Shown here in pieces: positions 1 through 14,446 of a stretch of DNA of 64,000 nucleotides. Each line of letters begins with the position of its first letter. Position 1 is the first letter of the stretch. The translations under genes and the position numbers were made by a program. The notes beneath the pieces were generated by a model. That model had not been told where the DNA came from and searched no databases. It worked only from the letters and a program-made list of their open reading frames with translations. The stretch comes from Eledone cirrhosa (lineage: Eukaryota), in contig OZ024741.1 of NCBI GenBank assembly GCA_964016885.1, positions 340,194,001-340,258,000 of the forward strand, written 5' to 3'.

Positions 1-261
1 AGTAGTGCTGGTGGTGGTAGCGGTGTTGTTGGTGGTGGGTTTGAAGGAGGTAATTTTCTAATTTGTTACTTTTTTTCAAATGCTTCTGTGGTGGTGGTGG
101 TGGTGGTGGTGGTGGTGGTGGCGGCGGCGGTGTAGGTGCCATTGTGGATGTGTCAACAGTGATATGTTTAATGTTACCAACTGCTTGTTTTGCTTGGTTC
201 AAGGTCAGCAACATTAGTCTATAAACTGATTGTTGTCTCTTCTTCCTTTGAAGTCGCAATG

Positions 262-407
262 GCTGCTGTTCAAATCCCATTGGGGTTAACTTTGCCTTTT
301 ATTCTTAAGGGGTCAATAAAATAAAGTACCAGTCATGCACTGCAGTTGATTTAATCGACTTTCCCCGCCCCCAAAATTGCTGGCCTTGTGCCTAAAGTAG
401 AAACATT
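262..407 (+). mobile_element. tRNA-derived SINE fragment (GCCTTTCATCC..GGGGTCGATAAAATAAAGTACCAG core family)
   Basis: gttcaaatccc B-box-like motif plus a core shared with copies near 4370-4560, 7190-7390, 8665-8800, 9075-9220 and 44184-44358. Confidence 0.7.
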
Positions 408-435
408 TATTATTATTAAGGGCGCTGGATTGGCA

Positions 436-1262
436 AAGCTAGAATTAACAATGACTATAGTGTTGAATATAGTGTGCAGGTAGGTGTCCACCAAGGCTCC
501 GTTCTTAACCTGCTCCTGTTTATTATTGCCCTACAGATTAAGACTGACTGCCCATGGGAATTCCTGCATGCAGATGATCTAACCCTTATAGCAGAATCTA
601 TGACAAAATTAGAGAAGATATTCCATACCTGGAAGTATGGCCTAGAATTGAAAGGTCATAAAGTTAACTTGTCAGAGACTAAAGCCCTAATATGTAGAAA
701 GGAAAACCAAGCCCAGATTCCCTCAGATTCCCTATATGTGGCTGACACACATGGACAGTGAGTAGCAAGAGCCCACAGGATACTAGTTCCTTCATATGCC
801 TAGAGGGATCTGTAGAATTAGTCAACATTTTCTGTTACCGGTATGATGCATGTATACAAACAACAGTGTTGGTAGTCAAACCTGGGTACTGTGTGCAATG
901 ATTGGAAAGAAATGAAGTCTGCATGCTCCAAGGGATATGTAATAATATACATGAACGGCAAAGCATGAATGAACCAAGTGAGAAACTGGGCATAAGAGGG
1001 ATCAGATACAGTGTGCAGGAGAGGGGATTGCCTTAGTATGGATATGTGATGCATATGAAGGATGACAGCTGTGTAAAAAGGTGCAGGGGGCTCAAAGTTG
1101 ATGACCTTGGAAGACCAAAGGAAGACCTTGGAAGACTTGGAATGAGATGATAAAAGCTGATCTTGCACAATTGCACCTCTGAAATGCAATGGGACATGAT
1201 CGAGATCTTTGGCATTATGCAGTAATACAGAAGACCCGCCTTCCCATGTGTATAGGCTGAAG
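436..1262 (+). mobile_element. Degenerate RTE LINE 3' fragment
   Basis: QVGVHQGSVL...CPWEFLHADDL; homologous to 33770-34870. Confidence 0.85.
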
Positions 1263-1804
1263 CATGCATCTAGTATATACCACTTTCCCTTTACTTCCCT
1301 TCCACTTCCATATACCTCTAACATCCTAACACTCCACCCTTCACACATGTCCTTACCTTCCTCACAACCCCCAACTCCACCTCTCCATCATCCCCTACAT
1401 CCACCTCCACCCCTACCTGCATCTCAAACACTCCCTCTACATCAATTCCTACCTCCCTTTACATTTATCTCAAACCTACCCCCACCTCCATTTTACCTCC
1501 ACCACTACCTCCACCACTACCTCTATCTCCACTTTCATCACTAGCCCCACCTTTACCTCGACCTCAACCTGCACTTCCACGTCAACCTCCATTACTACCC
1601 CACATCAACCCCAATATCTTTTAACCGCCACCACTACACCCACCTCCACCACTACCCCCATTTCCACCACCCCTACCTCGACCTTCACCACTATCCCTAT
1701 CTCCCCATCCACCTCAACTACTTCTACATTCACCTTTTACCCAGTTTCCAGTTTGTGTTGTCTTGTTTAATTGTATTCTAATTGTTGTTACAGCTATCAA
1801 AATC

Positions 1805-1892
1805 ATGGCTACTAATTCCCAACAGAAAATTATCAAAGAATTTACACTACAATTGTTGCTGCTATTACAAATAGTTCAGAACTTGGCAGGAG
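1805..1892 (+). CDS. Host gene coding exon 1 (signal peptide-like, MATNSQQKIIKEFTLQLLLLLQIVQNLAG)
   Basis: Acceptor ttacag at 1788-1793, ATG at 1805, hydrophobic Leu run ending in LAG, donor g|gtgcgt, phase 1 matching the next exon. Confidence 0.7.
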
Positions 1893-2409
1893 GTGCGTAA
1901 TAAATTTTACTTAATTTAACCTTATATACATATTTGTAATTGATACATATCTGTCAGGTTTTCATGAACAAAAAGGAAAGGAAATAAGCTGATAATCAAA
2001 TCAGTCAAAGGAAATATGTTATATTTCCTTTGGTCTTTCTATTCTTGATACAACCTGCTAGTCACAACTCCTGGTAGAAGAAAGGAACTGATCATCAATG
2101 TTTTCATTGGTCTTTCCATTGCTAATATTATCTCTCAACTCCTTTACTTTGCACAAATATATTCTTATTTAGTCATTATCTTACTTCATCTCAACCAATT
2201 TTCTGATCAAACCAGAGAAGTATATCCTTTCCAAATGTCTTGATTCACCATTACTGTTCACATTTTTGATACAGTATCCTTTTGAAGTATGTCAATGAAG
2301 TTGGGTTGTCTCCCACTGTTAATCCATCCATATGTTAATTGTAACCTACCAATCACAATTACCTATGGTTAATCTTACCATATGTTGACTACCATAGCAC
2401 AAGATTTAA

Positions 2410-2629
2410 CCCTTTAGCATTTAAACTGGCCATATCCGGCCAGAATTCTCTCACCTCTTTCTGTTCAAACCGGATGTAACCAGCTGCTCATACTGATGTT
2501 AAGATATTTTCTCAAAGTAAATAATATCAAAATTTCATAGATTCAGTATTATGCGACATAATTATATGAGGTAAAGCCTTTACCATGAAAATACAACAGT
2601 ATATATAGAGCAATGTAAATGCTAAAGGG
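2410..2629. mobile_element. piggyBac-like MITE
   Basis: TTAA-CCCTTTAGCATTTA ... TAAATGCTAAAGGG-TTAT terminal inverted repeats; related ends near 7715, 8660 and 10772. Confidence 0.7.
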
Positions 2630-2865
2630 TTATATCTATTTCTTTAGGCCATCTTACATAGTGACCTATCAATAACAACCTCCAATGATTAATCCATCAA
2701 TGTGTGGACTGCCTTAGTACCAAATTAAAGGCTCTTTCTTCAGGATGATTAACATATTTTTTTGCAGGATTCAAACTTGTTCATACATAAACTCATGAAT
2801 GCATTAAAAACAAAATGGGTTTCACTCTAACAACGTGAGTTTTATATTGAATAATAATAATATTC

Positions 2866-3460
2866 TTGCATGCTCCGATGGATGTGTGATAGTAATATAT
2901 GCTAACAGCAAAGCATAAACGAATTGAGAGAGAGACTGAGCATAAGAGGAATCAAATACTGTGTGCAGGAGAGGAGGTTACATTGGTATGGACATGTGAT
3001 GCATATGAAGGATGACAGCTGCATAAAAAGGTGCAAAGCACTAGAAGTTGATGGGGGCCTTAGAGCGAGGAGACCCAAGAAGACCTGGGATGAGGTGATA
3101 AAAGCTGATCTTGTCCTCTCAAAGGCGATGATACAGGACCGTGACTCCTGGCAGTAATACAGAAGACCAGACTTCCCATGGGTACAAGCCGAAGCTGAAG
3201 CATATAGAAATTATGCCCCCACCCCCTCCCACTGTAAAGTGGACGAGCAGGCGCCATGGGAAAAGGCACCCAGCACTCACTGTAAATGAGGTTGGTGTTA
3301 GGAAGGGCATCCAGCTGTAGAAATCAAGCCAGAATCAGTTCCAGTATGAGCAAGACAAGGTCAGCCAACCGGACACTACTGCCCACAACAGGACAACCCT
3401 TCTAACCCATGCTAGCGTGGAAGAACAGACGTAAAACGGTGATGATGATGATGATGATGA
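2866..3460 (+). mobile_element. 5'-truncated RTE LINE with (GAT)n tail, inserted in a fold-back element
   Basis: RRLHWYGHVMHM...RPKKTW motif, 3' UTR and (GAT)n; flanks 2836-2866 and 3460-3655 form a palindrome. Confidence 0.85.
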
Positions 3461-3697
3461 TTCAATTTGTTTGCAAGCAAACAGCTTCATTACGTTGTGT
3501 TTTAGATGACCATCACCATCCTTTTGTTCTAGTGATGACTCTCTGTGTCACTGCTAGAACAAAAGAATAATGATGATCATCTAAAACACATGTTATAATG
3601 AGGCTGTTTGCTTGAAAACAAATCAAATATTATTATTCAATAAAAAAAAAACTCTTGTTTGTTTTCTGTAATTTACATATATAATTTTTTTTTTCAG

Positions 3698-3802
3698 TTT
3701 CAAAGTATTTCCACAATTCCGATGATGAATATATGAACAGAGAATATGTTGATTTTCCATTTGAAAAATCAATGTACCTGATTGAAGAATTTAATGTCAC
3801 AG
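3698..3802 (+). CDS. Host gene exon 2 (VSKYFHNSDDEYMNREYVDFPFEKSMYLIEEFNVT)
   Basis: polyT-cag acceptor, cag|gtatgc donor, 105 nt, open in phase 1-1. Confidence 0.75.
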
Positions 3803-4574
3803 GTATGCAATATAGTCTTTTAAGTCAAAATGTGCTTTTTTGGTGTATCATGTTCTTAATTCATTTAGGCTGCTCTTAGTATCTGCAGTAAAATTATAAG
3901 TTAACACCATCATCATCATAATTTTTAACATTTGTTTTCCCTGATAGCAAGGGCTGGTCAAGTCTACATAAACCAAGTCAGTACTGAAGCAGGGCTGCTG
4001 ACCTCCCAGGCTAGGGGTCTGTTATTGTACAGTCTCATGTTCTACTGAATGCACAAGAGAGATTGTCATGTCTTTGACACAACTGAAGGCTCCTCCTAAC
4101 ACTTTGTTTGGCAAGCTTTCTATAGCTGGATACCTTCCTATCACCAACCACTTTACAGTGTGTACTGGGTGCATTTATCTATGTAGATCACCAATACTAG
4201 AGAAGTTGCCATACCATAAAACAACTGAAGGGTCTTTTACCATGTAAAGTATAAATTCCTATCACCCTTTTAACCATTCCTTAATATTGTTGCTAGAAAA
4301 ATTTGGAATATAATTATGTAATATATCTAATTCTCTAAATCTTACAGTTAATAAATCCTTCTAACACAAAGTCAGAAATTTGGAGGAAAAGAAAGTTTGT
4401 TATATTGTTATATTGCCCCCACTACTTTATTTTATTGACTCCCAAAGGATGAAAGACAAAGTTGATCTTGGTGAGATTTGAACTCAGAATGTAGAAAGTC
4501 ATAACTAAATATTGCAAAGCATTTTGTCCAATGCTCTACTGATACTTCCAATTCACTACCTTCAGTTAATAATA

Positions 4575-4738
4575 GATGCAGGCATGGCTGAGTGGTGAAA
4601 AGGTTTGCTTTTGCTAATACAAGGTTTTAAATTTGATTCGACTGTATGATTCCTTGGGCAAGTGTCTACTACTGTTGCCTCAGATTGACCAGAGCCTTGT
4701 TAGTGAAATTTAGTAGATGGAAACTATGTAGAAGTCCC
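4575..4738 (+). mobile_element. tRNA-derived SINE (CORE-like ccttgggcaag)
   Basis: tggctgagtggt A-box, degenerate B-box, ccttgggcaagtgtc. Confidence 0.6.
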
Positions 4739-5096
4739 CATTGAGGCATCATTCCTGTACCTAATCTTTCAAGATTATGGGGAATATGTGGACTCTGTAA
4801 ACTCTAGTAAAGTCAACCTACCCAGGTGAGCAATCACTCTGAATAAAAATTGATACAAGATAAAGAAAGCTCTTAGGTCCTGACAGACAACCCTCTGATA
4901 TATTAATGTTTAGGTGTACAGTTGGGTTTGAATTTCCTACCCTCATGGAGTCATCTTCCTCATTGATTAATGTTTAAGTGTACATTCTAATCAGTTGGGT
5001 TCAAATTTTAATAATTTGGACTTATTTAAATTATTGAGTGGGTAAAGAAATGACCAAATCTGTGTCCATTCTATTCAATAAACTTCATTCCACAAT

Positions 5097-5820
5097 TGAT
5101 GTGTAATAGTAATATAGACGAATGGCAAAACATAAATGAATTAAGTGAGAAATTAGGAATAAGAGAGATCAGATGCTGTCAACTTGAGAGAAGATTACGT
5201 TGGTATGTGATACGCATGAAAGACGACAGCTGTATAAAAAAGTGTAGGGCAATCAAAATTGATGGAAGTTATGCAATTGGTAGACCCAGAAAAACCTGGA
5301 ACGACATGATAAAATCCGACCTCACACACTTACACCTCTCCAAGACAATATCACTGGATCGAGATCTTGGGCGCTATGCAGTAATACAGAAGACCCTCCT
5401 TCCCTATGTACAAAGTTAACCTACAGTCAGTAGGCACCTCTTAACCAACTATACACCCCAACCTACTACCCCTACTCCATCATCCCACTCCTACCAGCAC
5501 CAACCTTTCTCTGTAAAGTTATGTTGAAACCATAACTTCCAGTCCAAACTAAAGAGGTTGTGTAGGTGTCATAACAAAAAAGCACCCAGTCTACACTGTA
5601 ATGTGTAATGTGTAGGAGACATGGTAAAAACCTCCCAGTCCACACTGTAAATGTGGTTGGTGTTAGGAAGGGCATGCAGTCATAGAAAACCTGCCAGATA
5701 CAGTCCTATACTAGCGAGACACGGTCACCCGATCAATCTTACCTAAAGTGGGATAATACCCGTTTAACCCATGTTAGCGTGGAAGGTAAATGTTAAACGT
5801 TAAATGATGATGATGATGAT
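5097..5820 (+). mobile_element. 5'-truncated RTE LINE with (GAT)n tail
   Basis: ORF 5096-5419 RRLRWY...GRPRKTW; close to 34555-35230. Confidence 0.9.
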
Positions 5821-5829
5821 AGCAATAAT

Positions 5830-6440
5830 AAAGGCTAAATTAGGAAGCATTTCCCCAGGACAAAGATTTTTAATAGAAACACAGTTAAAATATCGTAAAC
5901 CACAACTTCCAACCTCGCACACATCTCTACATCTAACTTAGCTAAATTACCTAGCTGTAGTAAGATAAACAGTCCTGAAGTTAGTTCTAGCTGCAATTGT
6001 ATCAACAGGGACTACTGCCCTCTAGCCTGGAAATGCCTATCAATATAGTTTACAAATACACCCACTACTTGTAAGGATTACATGGGGTTAACTGCCAATA
6101 GATTTAAGTAGCATTTATACATACACTCTCATTCATTTCAAAACTCTTTAACAAGGAATATGACTTCACTTTTAGTTTAAAAGACAATGACATCTGATAT
6201 AGGTTACGCTGGGAGATCTTAGTTAAAGCTAGATCCTATAACGGTAATAAAAGACCATGTGATCTTTGTGCTGCTGAAGCCCTGGAAATCGTTTACGCCA
6301 ATGAACATATTTAAAAAAATCAATCTGATGCAATTTTGGCTTGTAAACATAAAATGCATAAAACATTCTTGTATTACAGCCCAACACTCTATCCTAATGG
6401 ATAGTATGGACGCTATGCTGATGATATATGTCATGATGTG
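5830..6440 (+). mobile_element. Degenerate Naiad-type PLE GIY-YIG region
   Basis: Manual translation gives KHFP..KIFNRNTVKIS, CNCINRDYCPL, YMG, WEIL..CDLC with stops and frameshifts. Confidence 0.75.
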
Positions 6441-8137
6441 GTAGCTAAGAACAATGTAACTTTATACTCAATTTATATACATCTATATATATGTATACAT
6501 ATATGTGTGTGTGGGTGTGTGTGTGTATGTAGATACATATGAATTTATACGCATGTATATATGTATATGCATGTGTGTGTATATACGTATATGTATGCGA
6601 GTATATATACATATGTACATATGCACATATGTACATACATGTGTGTTTTCGTATGTGCATATATATATGTATGTGTATCATTTTCATACACTATATTTTC
6701 ATTAACGCATGCATCCACACTTGTCAGCGCATTCTTATGTATGAGCCTATACCCGAAAATATTACAACTAATGTTTTCATTATTATTATTTTTAGTATTA
6801 TTAATACCTTCAGTATTTTTATGTTTAGTCATTTCCATATATGGTAGCATTTTCCATATATGGTAGTATACAGACACATGTATCCTTAATGTATTTCCCA
6901 GGAAGATTCTGCATGATACAGAATATGACAAGTCTTTGAATTATAGATATAACACATTTTTTTCTAGCTGCGTGAACTGGAGTAATATGAAATAAATTAG
7001 CTCACTTAACAACAAAATGTACCACCATGAATCAAACTCATGACCATACGTCATTCCCAATCACTCTAACCATTAAGCCACAGACCTTCACATCTGCTGT
7101 GCAAAAAGACAAATGTGTAACCTCAAATACACTATATAACCTCTCACATCTACTCTCTTCAGTAATGCTGTTATTTTTATTTTTATCAGAATAGTGAACT
7201 GCAGAGTTGTTAAAGCATCAGATAAAATGTGTCATTGTAGTATTTGTTCTGCCACTTTATATTCTGAGTTCTAATTCCTATTGAGGTCAACTGTGCATTT
7301 CATACTTCAATAAAACAAAGTATAGGATTGATTTAATCAATTTTGCCCTTCCCATAAATTTTCTGGCCTTGTGCATAAATAAGAAATCAATATTTTTTGT
7401 TTATTAATGAGACAGAAAGGTCCTTTTAAAGTATGGAGAAATTAGGTGTTATGATGATGATGATACCTTTCCCAAGGGTTCTTAAAACTTTTTATGCCTT
7501 TCTAATGAAATATGCTTTATTTCAATTAACTAATAAAGAATTTTAAGGGATTTACTAAAGTTATTAATTATTTCATTACTAAGATAGCAACTTAACAAAT
7601 GGTTCTTATATAAAATTATTTTGAACGATTTAAATTTAAATAGGAATCTTTTAAAATGCATTATTTTCTTTCGTAGAACCAGAGCTAGTTTTTGCCAGAT
7701 TAGTATCAAAGGGGTTAATGATGAATTTCAAGTGATTTACTAAAGTTATTAATAATTTCATGATTAAAATTGTAACTTAATATATGATTCTTATATGTTG
7801 GAAGAGTTACATTTAAATAGGAACCCTTTAAAGCAGGTGGTTTTGTTTCATAGAACCAGAAACAGTTTGGGCTGAGTTGATATTAAAAGTGTTCAATTTT
7901 TTGTTCCCATACACAATTTCAATTAACTAAGTATTTTGAGAGATTTACTAAAATTATTAAGTATTCAGTATATTACTACCCATTTTACTATATTTATTTG
8001 GTCTCTGATATCCAATGCCAGTTACCTGGTAACTTTGTTGTAATAATCAGTTTTTAATCATATATATGTAATTAAAGAAACTCTTCCCTACAAAAACTGC
8101 CTGATTATATTTTTTTCTTTTAATTTTTCTCAAACAG

Positions 8138-8227
8138 AATCATCATCAATATTTGAGTTGGATACACTGTATGTTGTGTATTATATTGGACTTGACAATA
8201 TTGAGTCTCAGTCTGAACAAATTATTG
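8138..8227 (+). CDS. Host gene exon 3 (ESSSIFELDTLYVVYYIGLDNIESQSEQII)
   Basis: Polypyrimidine tract plus cag, donor g|gtaagt, 90 nt, phase 1-1. Confidence 0.75.
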
Positions 8228-9216
8228 GTAAGTTGTAAATAATTTATAGAGAAGGCATATAATTTAACTTTTAAGATGTTGGGCACATAATGATAAGGTC
8301 AAAGGTAAATCCCAAACAGGGTGGCATATTGTCACATAATTTCACCTTGCCATTAAGAAATGTGCGAGCATCACAACTGACAGCTTTGGGGGGATTTTTT
8401 TCCTTAATATTTAAAGGTTGATTTTTTTTATATATAGTGATTCTATGATAATTATATGTTGTTTAACACTATCAATGACTGAAACCATTGCTGGTTCTAT
8501 GATACAATGCTGTTTATATTTATCTAAAAACCTTCCATTATGATTTTATTTAAGAAACTTAGTTTAAGAAAATTACTTACATTACAAACCCCCTGCAAAG
8601 TCTCGAATATTTTCAAAATTATAGGCAATGTTTTCATTAGAAATATGGTAATGAAAGGGTTAAGGCAGAGAAATGGCATAGTTAGAATCTCAGATTAAAT
8701 GACACAAAGTATTTGTAAGGGTTCTCTGCAGCCTGAGTTCAAATCTTCCCACAGTCAACTTTGCCTTCCGTCCTTTTCATGTCTATAAATAAAGTACCAG
8801 CTCAGAGGCAGTGAATTGGCAGAAATGTTAAAGCATCAGATATGATGCTTTGTAGTATCTCTCCCAGCCCTTTATGTTTTAATTTTGCCTCCAACTGCCA
8901 AGTTGTATTGGTCCTTGCTTTTCCCTTGAACATCAGTGATGTGGAGAAGGGGGACTTGCATTTATGGGTGGTTGCTGGTCTTCCACAAAACATTTGGTTT
9001 GTGCCTTAGAAAGGAATTTTCCAGATGCAGAAGCATGGTCTTAAGAATTATTCTGCTTTACATAGACAATAAATAGGCAGCAAATTAGCAGAGTCACTAG
9101 AACATCAAATACAATGCTTTGCAGTACTTGTCCCAGCTCTCTGTGCTCTGAGTTCAAAACTTGCCTTTCATCCTTTCAAGGTTGATGAAAAAAAAGTAAC
9201 AGTTCAATACTGGGGT

Positions 9217-9310
<94 letters not shown>

Positions 9311-9312
<2 letters not shown>

Positions 9313-9800
9313 TCATCATCATCATCATCATCATCAGGTTTAGCGTCAGTGTTCCACGCTTGCATGGGTTTGGACGGGGGTTTTCCCACTTGAGGCAAGA
9401 GTGGTTGTCTTGCTCGCATAGGACTGTCTGGCGGGTTTTCTACAGTTGGATGCCCTTCCTAACACCAACCACATTTACAGTGTGGGGCTGGGAGGTTTTT
9501 ACCGTGTTGCCTACACGGCCACATTACAGCGTGGACTGTCTGGCGGGTTTTCTACAGCTGGATGCCCTTCCTAACACCAACCACATTTACAGTGTGGGGC
9601 TGGGAGGTTTTTACCGTGTTGCCTACACGGCCACATTTACAGCGTGGACTGTGTGTTTTTTGTCGTGACACGTACACGATCTCATTTGTTTCGGCCTGGA
9701 TGTTGTGGGACCAACATAACTGTACATTGAAAGGGGCGGTGTGGATGGGGTGGAGGTGGTGGGACGGGGGGGTGTTTTGATAGAGATGCCTACTGACTGT
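9311..9800 (-). mobile_element. RTE 3' UTR fragment with (CAT)n tail and 112 bp internal tandem duplication
   Basis: Reverse complement of the 34870-35230 UTR; 9421-9532 is repeated at 9533-9644. Confidence 0.8.
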
Positions 9801-11098
9801 AGTAGGTTTTATATATATATATATATATATATCTTTCTGTCTTTTTGGGAGAAATCAGCTATGTTTAGACCTGGGAAGGGGATGTTTTCTGCCAGGTTTA
9901 AACTGCCCAAGACATGCTATATGTCACCATGGCATATCTACGACTCCATTATAAGTTACAGATCTACACATACACATAGACAACAGCATTAGAGGAATAA
10001 ATGGGACATAGTGATAGTACATCTTTTCTCGGGACATTGACTACATAACTTTACCTAAAGAAAGGTGAAAGTAAATTGACCTCCATTTGTATTGACAATA
10101 AGTGTTCCAGTTGTTAGATCAATGAAATGACCTGCTCATGAATTTTACACGCAAGTGGCTAAGTATTCCACACATAAGATTACCCTGAATGTAATATTCT
10201 CAGGGAGATTCGATATGACACAATGTGTGACCAGGTTGGCCCTTTGAATTACAATGAGCTTTCAAAAAGTTTCCTTCCCACAAGGCTATTGACAACCCAA
10301 GCTATGGTAAATAATACTTGCTTAAGATGCCATGCAATTAGATTGAACATAGGAACTTATGATTGTAAAGCAAACTTCTTATCCTTTTAACCATGCTGCC
10401 TCTATAGAAAATGTAAAATAAGTAGAAACAAAATCCATTAAATATTGATATCTTTTTATTAATGTATGGAAATATGATGTTATAGCATTCATGCTTTCAA
10501 CAACATAGATTCTGTTAAATGCATCCAAGTGCTCAGCTTGTTCCAAATAAGAACAAAATTTCAATTTTCCAAACTGAATGACTGAAGTCAGAAACAATGA
10601 TGTTTACTTCTTAGTATTGATGTTTAAATCAAACTTACTCAAGATCAGTATCACCTTAAATGAAGTCAAAATCTTGCATCAAAGGAGTCTGAAAACAACT
10701 TCCTCTCTTCCTAGCACTAGTTCCTGAAAATGGTGATAGATACTATCCTTCTTCCTCAGACTAAGTAATTTTAACCCCTTTCTAATGAAATACTTTGTAT
10801 GCTAATTAATTGATGGAGAATTTGCGAAAAATTTACTAAACTTCATTAAGATGGTATTTACTAAGTTCATTCAGATGGTATTTGCAACATAACAAAACGT
10901 TCTTATATAATACTAGACCACCCCTGACATGTTAGGTCACGTTCACTTCAAAATATCTTTTAAAATCATGTTCACTTAAAAATAATCTTTAAATAATCAA
11001 AATATACACAGACATGTATATAATGTGAAATGAAACTGGAAGGTCCATATATATATATGTGTGCATGTATATATATAAATATGTTTGTGTGTATATAC

Positions 11099-11167
<69 letters not shown>

Positions 11168-11708
11168 GGTGTCTGTGATCTATATACACTGGTCGTAGAC
11201 ACACACACTCTCATATATATACACAACAACACCATTAGCTCTCTCTCTCCCTCTCTCTCCCTCTCTTCCATTCTCCTTCTCTGTCTCCTCTCCCTCTCTA
11301 TATGTCTCTCTTTCAATCTACTCTCTCACAACCACTATCTCTTTCTCTCTATCCTTCTCTCTCTCTATTTATGAAGGTGCCCAGAAAACCCCCATATCTC
11401 GGGAACCCGAGATATGGGGTTTTCTGCAGAAACCCTTTAAAAGGGGTGGGGGGTTTTCATAGAAACAGAGAAAGTTTGGGGCATGTTGGTATCAAAACTG
11501 TTAAATAAAAACTCTTTGAAAGGGGTGGTTTTGTTTCATAGAAGCAAAGGTGGTTTTAGGCATGTTGATATCGAAAATGTTAAATAGAAACCTTTCAAAG
11601 GGGGTGGTTTTGTTTCATAGAAGCAAAAGGGTAGGTTATAAAATATCTAAAATATAGAAAGACATTTCTAAGTTCTGATTATTCATAACAACTCTTCCTC
11701 TTTGACAG

Positions 11709-11876
11709 AAGTTAACATGACTGATGATAAGAACGTTAGTCACAACTGTGTAAGCATATTACTAGAGAAAAATGACTTTATGTGCACGAAAGTGTATATA
11801 GTAAATTCTTTGGTGATTGAGACCAGTCCAAATGCAACAAATTTTTCAATCAGTGTCTACGGAACCAGAACCACCA
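11709..11876 (+). CDS. Host gene exon 4 (EVNMTDDKNVSHNC...SVYGTRTT)
   Basis: tcttcctctttgacag acceptor, a|gtaagt donor, 168 nt, phase 1-1; lies within ORF 11702-11953. Confidence 0.75.
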
Positions 11877-13129
11877 GTAAGTTATATGATGTATTTTTTT
11901 ATGTTCATTATTTTTCTCCATCTAACTTCCCTTTGTCATTGTCAACATTGTAAACAACAGTATTTTCAACATATATCAAGTCCTGGCAGTGTTGTTCCAA
12001 TTAACAACATAAACTTAGCAAGATAACTTTAGCAAGTAGTTTTTGTTATTTCTGTAGAGGTATTGAATATTTTCTCTATAAGTGAATAGCAGAGTGGAAT
12101 GGACTCCAAAGATTTGTTTGATGTCGCTGGAGATTAGAATGGTGTAAGTGGGAAGATTTTTGGTTGTAGAAACTGATTTGTATTCTCTGTGTGGTCTGTA
12201 TGTGGTGGTGTGGTGGTATGATGGCCGAAACACTCACTTGCTATCCACCTCTTCTGAGAGTTTCTTACCACTGTAGTGGTATGGTAGTATGTTAGTGTGT
12301 AGATGTTGTGATAGTGTGTAGGTGGTGGGGTATTGTGTAAGTGATGTGGTTGTGTGTCAGTATATCAGTTGTGTGATGGTGTGTGGTGTGGGGTGTGTCA
12401 GTTGTGTAAGTAGTGGTGTCTAAGTGGTGCAATGGTATGTAAGGGTTGTGGGGTTTAGTAATTTCAGGTGTAAGGTCAGGTATTAATAATTTTAGAATAG
12501 TTCAGGATGTATACATGTGGTTGAAGTCTCTATGACAGAGAAGTCTCTGTGATGTTGAGGGGACTCTCTGATGTCCTGGCGTCTCTGTGACATAGAGGTG
12601 TCTCTCTGATGTCCTGGGGTCTCTATGATGTTTCTTCACTTGGTGTTTTCTAGAGCTTTAAAAATGTTATAATTTTACCCAGCATTGATACAAGTGGTTA
12701 TAGATGTTGGGGAGTGTGGTGGTTCCTTTAAGCCTAAGGTGCTTGAAGTGTTTGCGGTCTGAAAAAAATGTATCCAACCTTCAGCTGGGAAAAAAAGGAT
12801 GTACTTGGTGGGGTTTAATTGCTAATCATCTTTGAAGTCGGCCTCTTGTCCCTCCACACACATAACCCAGTAATCATTTGTAACTGTTTGTCCCTCTGCT
12901 GTATATTTGTGATGCAAAACACCTCAAAGAAAACAGCTATCATCCCCTTCATTTTGCTTTATATTCAACATGTTTGTGTTGGCCTTAGAGACATTGGATG
13001 CTTCCAGTTTGATGACTGAGTTATGGTTTCCATCTTGTACCGATACACACACATCTCATTTATCACAGTATTCAGGAATTCAGGATCCTTGTTGGCAGCA
13101 GCAGAGGCAGCAGCAGCCACCGCCACTGC

Positions 13130-13430
13130 TGTTTTAAGTCCATTTTTCCATGCTTGCATGGGTTAGACGGGTCCTTCTCAGCACAGCATTTCTCAATTCA
13201 CAGTATTCCTTTGTCATCTCCTCGGTAAGTCTCAGGATTTATAGTCAGCTCCCACCAACTCTGCCCAGGTCTTTCTTGGTCTACTTCTGCTGTGGCTTCA
13301 TTCCACTGGGATTTCCTGACATTTCTTCACCCAGCGATCATCATCCATACACATCATATGTCAGTACCCACACAGTCTTCTCTCTTGCACACCACATCAG
13401 ATTCCTCTTAAACCCAGCTTCTCCCTATCA
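13130..13430 (-). mobile_element. Old RTE 3' fragment
   Basis: ccatgcttgcatgggttagacggg 3' terminus and a degenerate GRPRKTW-coding segment. Confidence 0.6.
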
Positions 13431-14446
13431 GGCTAAATTAAAATGTGTGGAGTAAATAGTAAAGCACCTCACACATTGACTGCAAGACATTGACTGATCA
13501 AACATGTGCCTAAATGTATGCAGTTTCACCCTTGCACCCTTTTGTCTCTTTAACCTCATTACTTCCCATGATAGACAATAACACAGGATACTTTTTTGAC
13601 AGAGCACATATGTTTGTAATTTTGTTTGGTCTTGAGACCTTTGAGGTCTTAGAATTTCCTATTGTAGTTTAGGGATCTTGGAAGGAAGGACATAAAATCA
13701 TGGTCTACTCTAGGTGGTAGGTATATATTTATTTGGGGGTCTTAGTTAGAAGGAAGGGGTTACAATCATGGTCTAGGTGATAGGTACGTATATTTTTTTG
13801 TTTAGTGTACCTGTTATGTGGTTTCTGGTGGTTGGTTTTCAAGAAATATCAGTTAGGGGTGTTTGCATGTATTGCAGTGTGTGTATATTTTTCTTCTATT
13901 CTTCATTTCTTCATTACTTTGTATAAAGGAGAGAAAGAGCAAAGGTCAAATGAATAGAAGTAAACATACACACACATGTACACCAGGTCTGAACACATAG
14001 GAGCCAAACTCACACTGTCATTGCCTCCGTCCCTCTCATCTTTCACTATTATGAGCAAATGGGGTCCAACATGCTGGCCGCCCCACAGCCCCAGCTGACA
14101 GAATAGAGAAGTCGTTTCCACGGAAGTATATTATTTGGAGATATTACTCTGATATGAGTTGTGATGTGACCCTTATCGTTGTTGTTGTTGTTGTTAATGG
14201 CGGTGGTGGTGCTAATTACTCAGTATAGTGTTTTACTATTTGTTTATGTTCTGTGGTTTCTATTAAATCTAAATGTTTGTTAGTTTTCTGTTTTTCTGGG
14301 GTATATTAATTTCTCTTATATTTGTGTCATTTCTTTGTTTAGTTGTATGAAGGTAAGTTTTATTTCAATTGTATGTACTAGTGGTGCACTATACTTCACC
14401 TAATCACATTTGTATTTCTCTATTTGCCATGTGGAACTGGATATAG

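Noticed and set aside
1-140. Pro-rich minus-strand exon; also Pro/His-rich ORF 1209-1544
   Set aside because: (GGT)n and C-rich low complexity with no supporting splice chain
12000-12960. Possible very old PLE remnant on the - strand
   Set aside because: No diagnostic motif could be read with confidence
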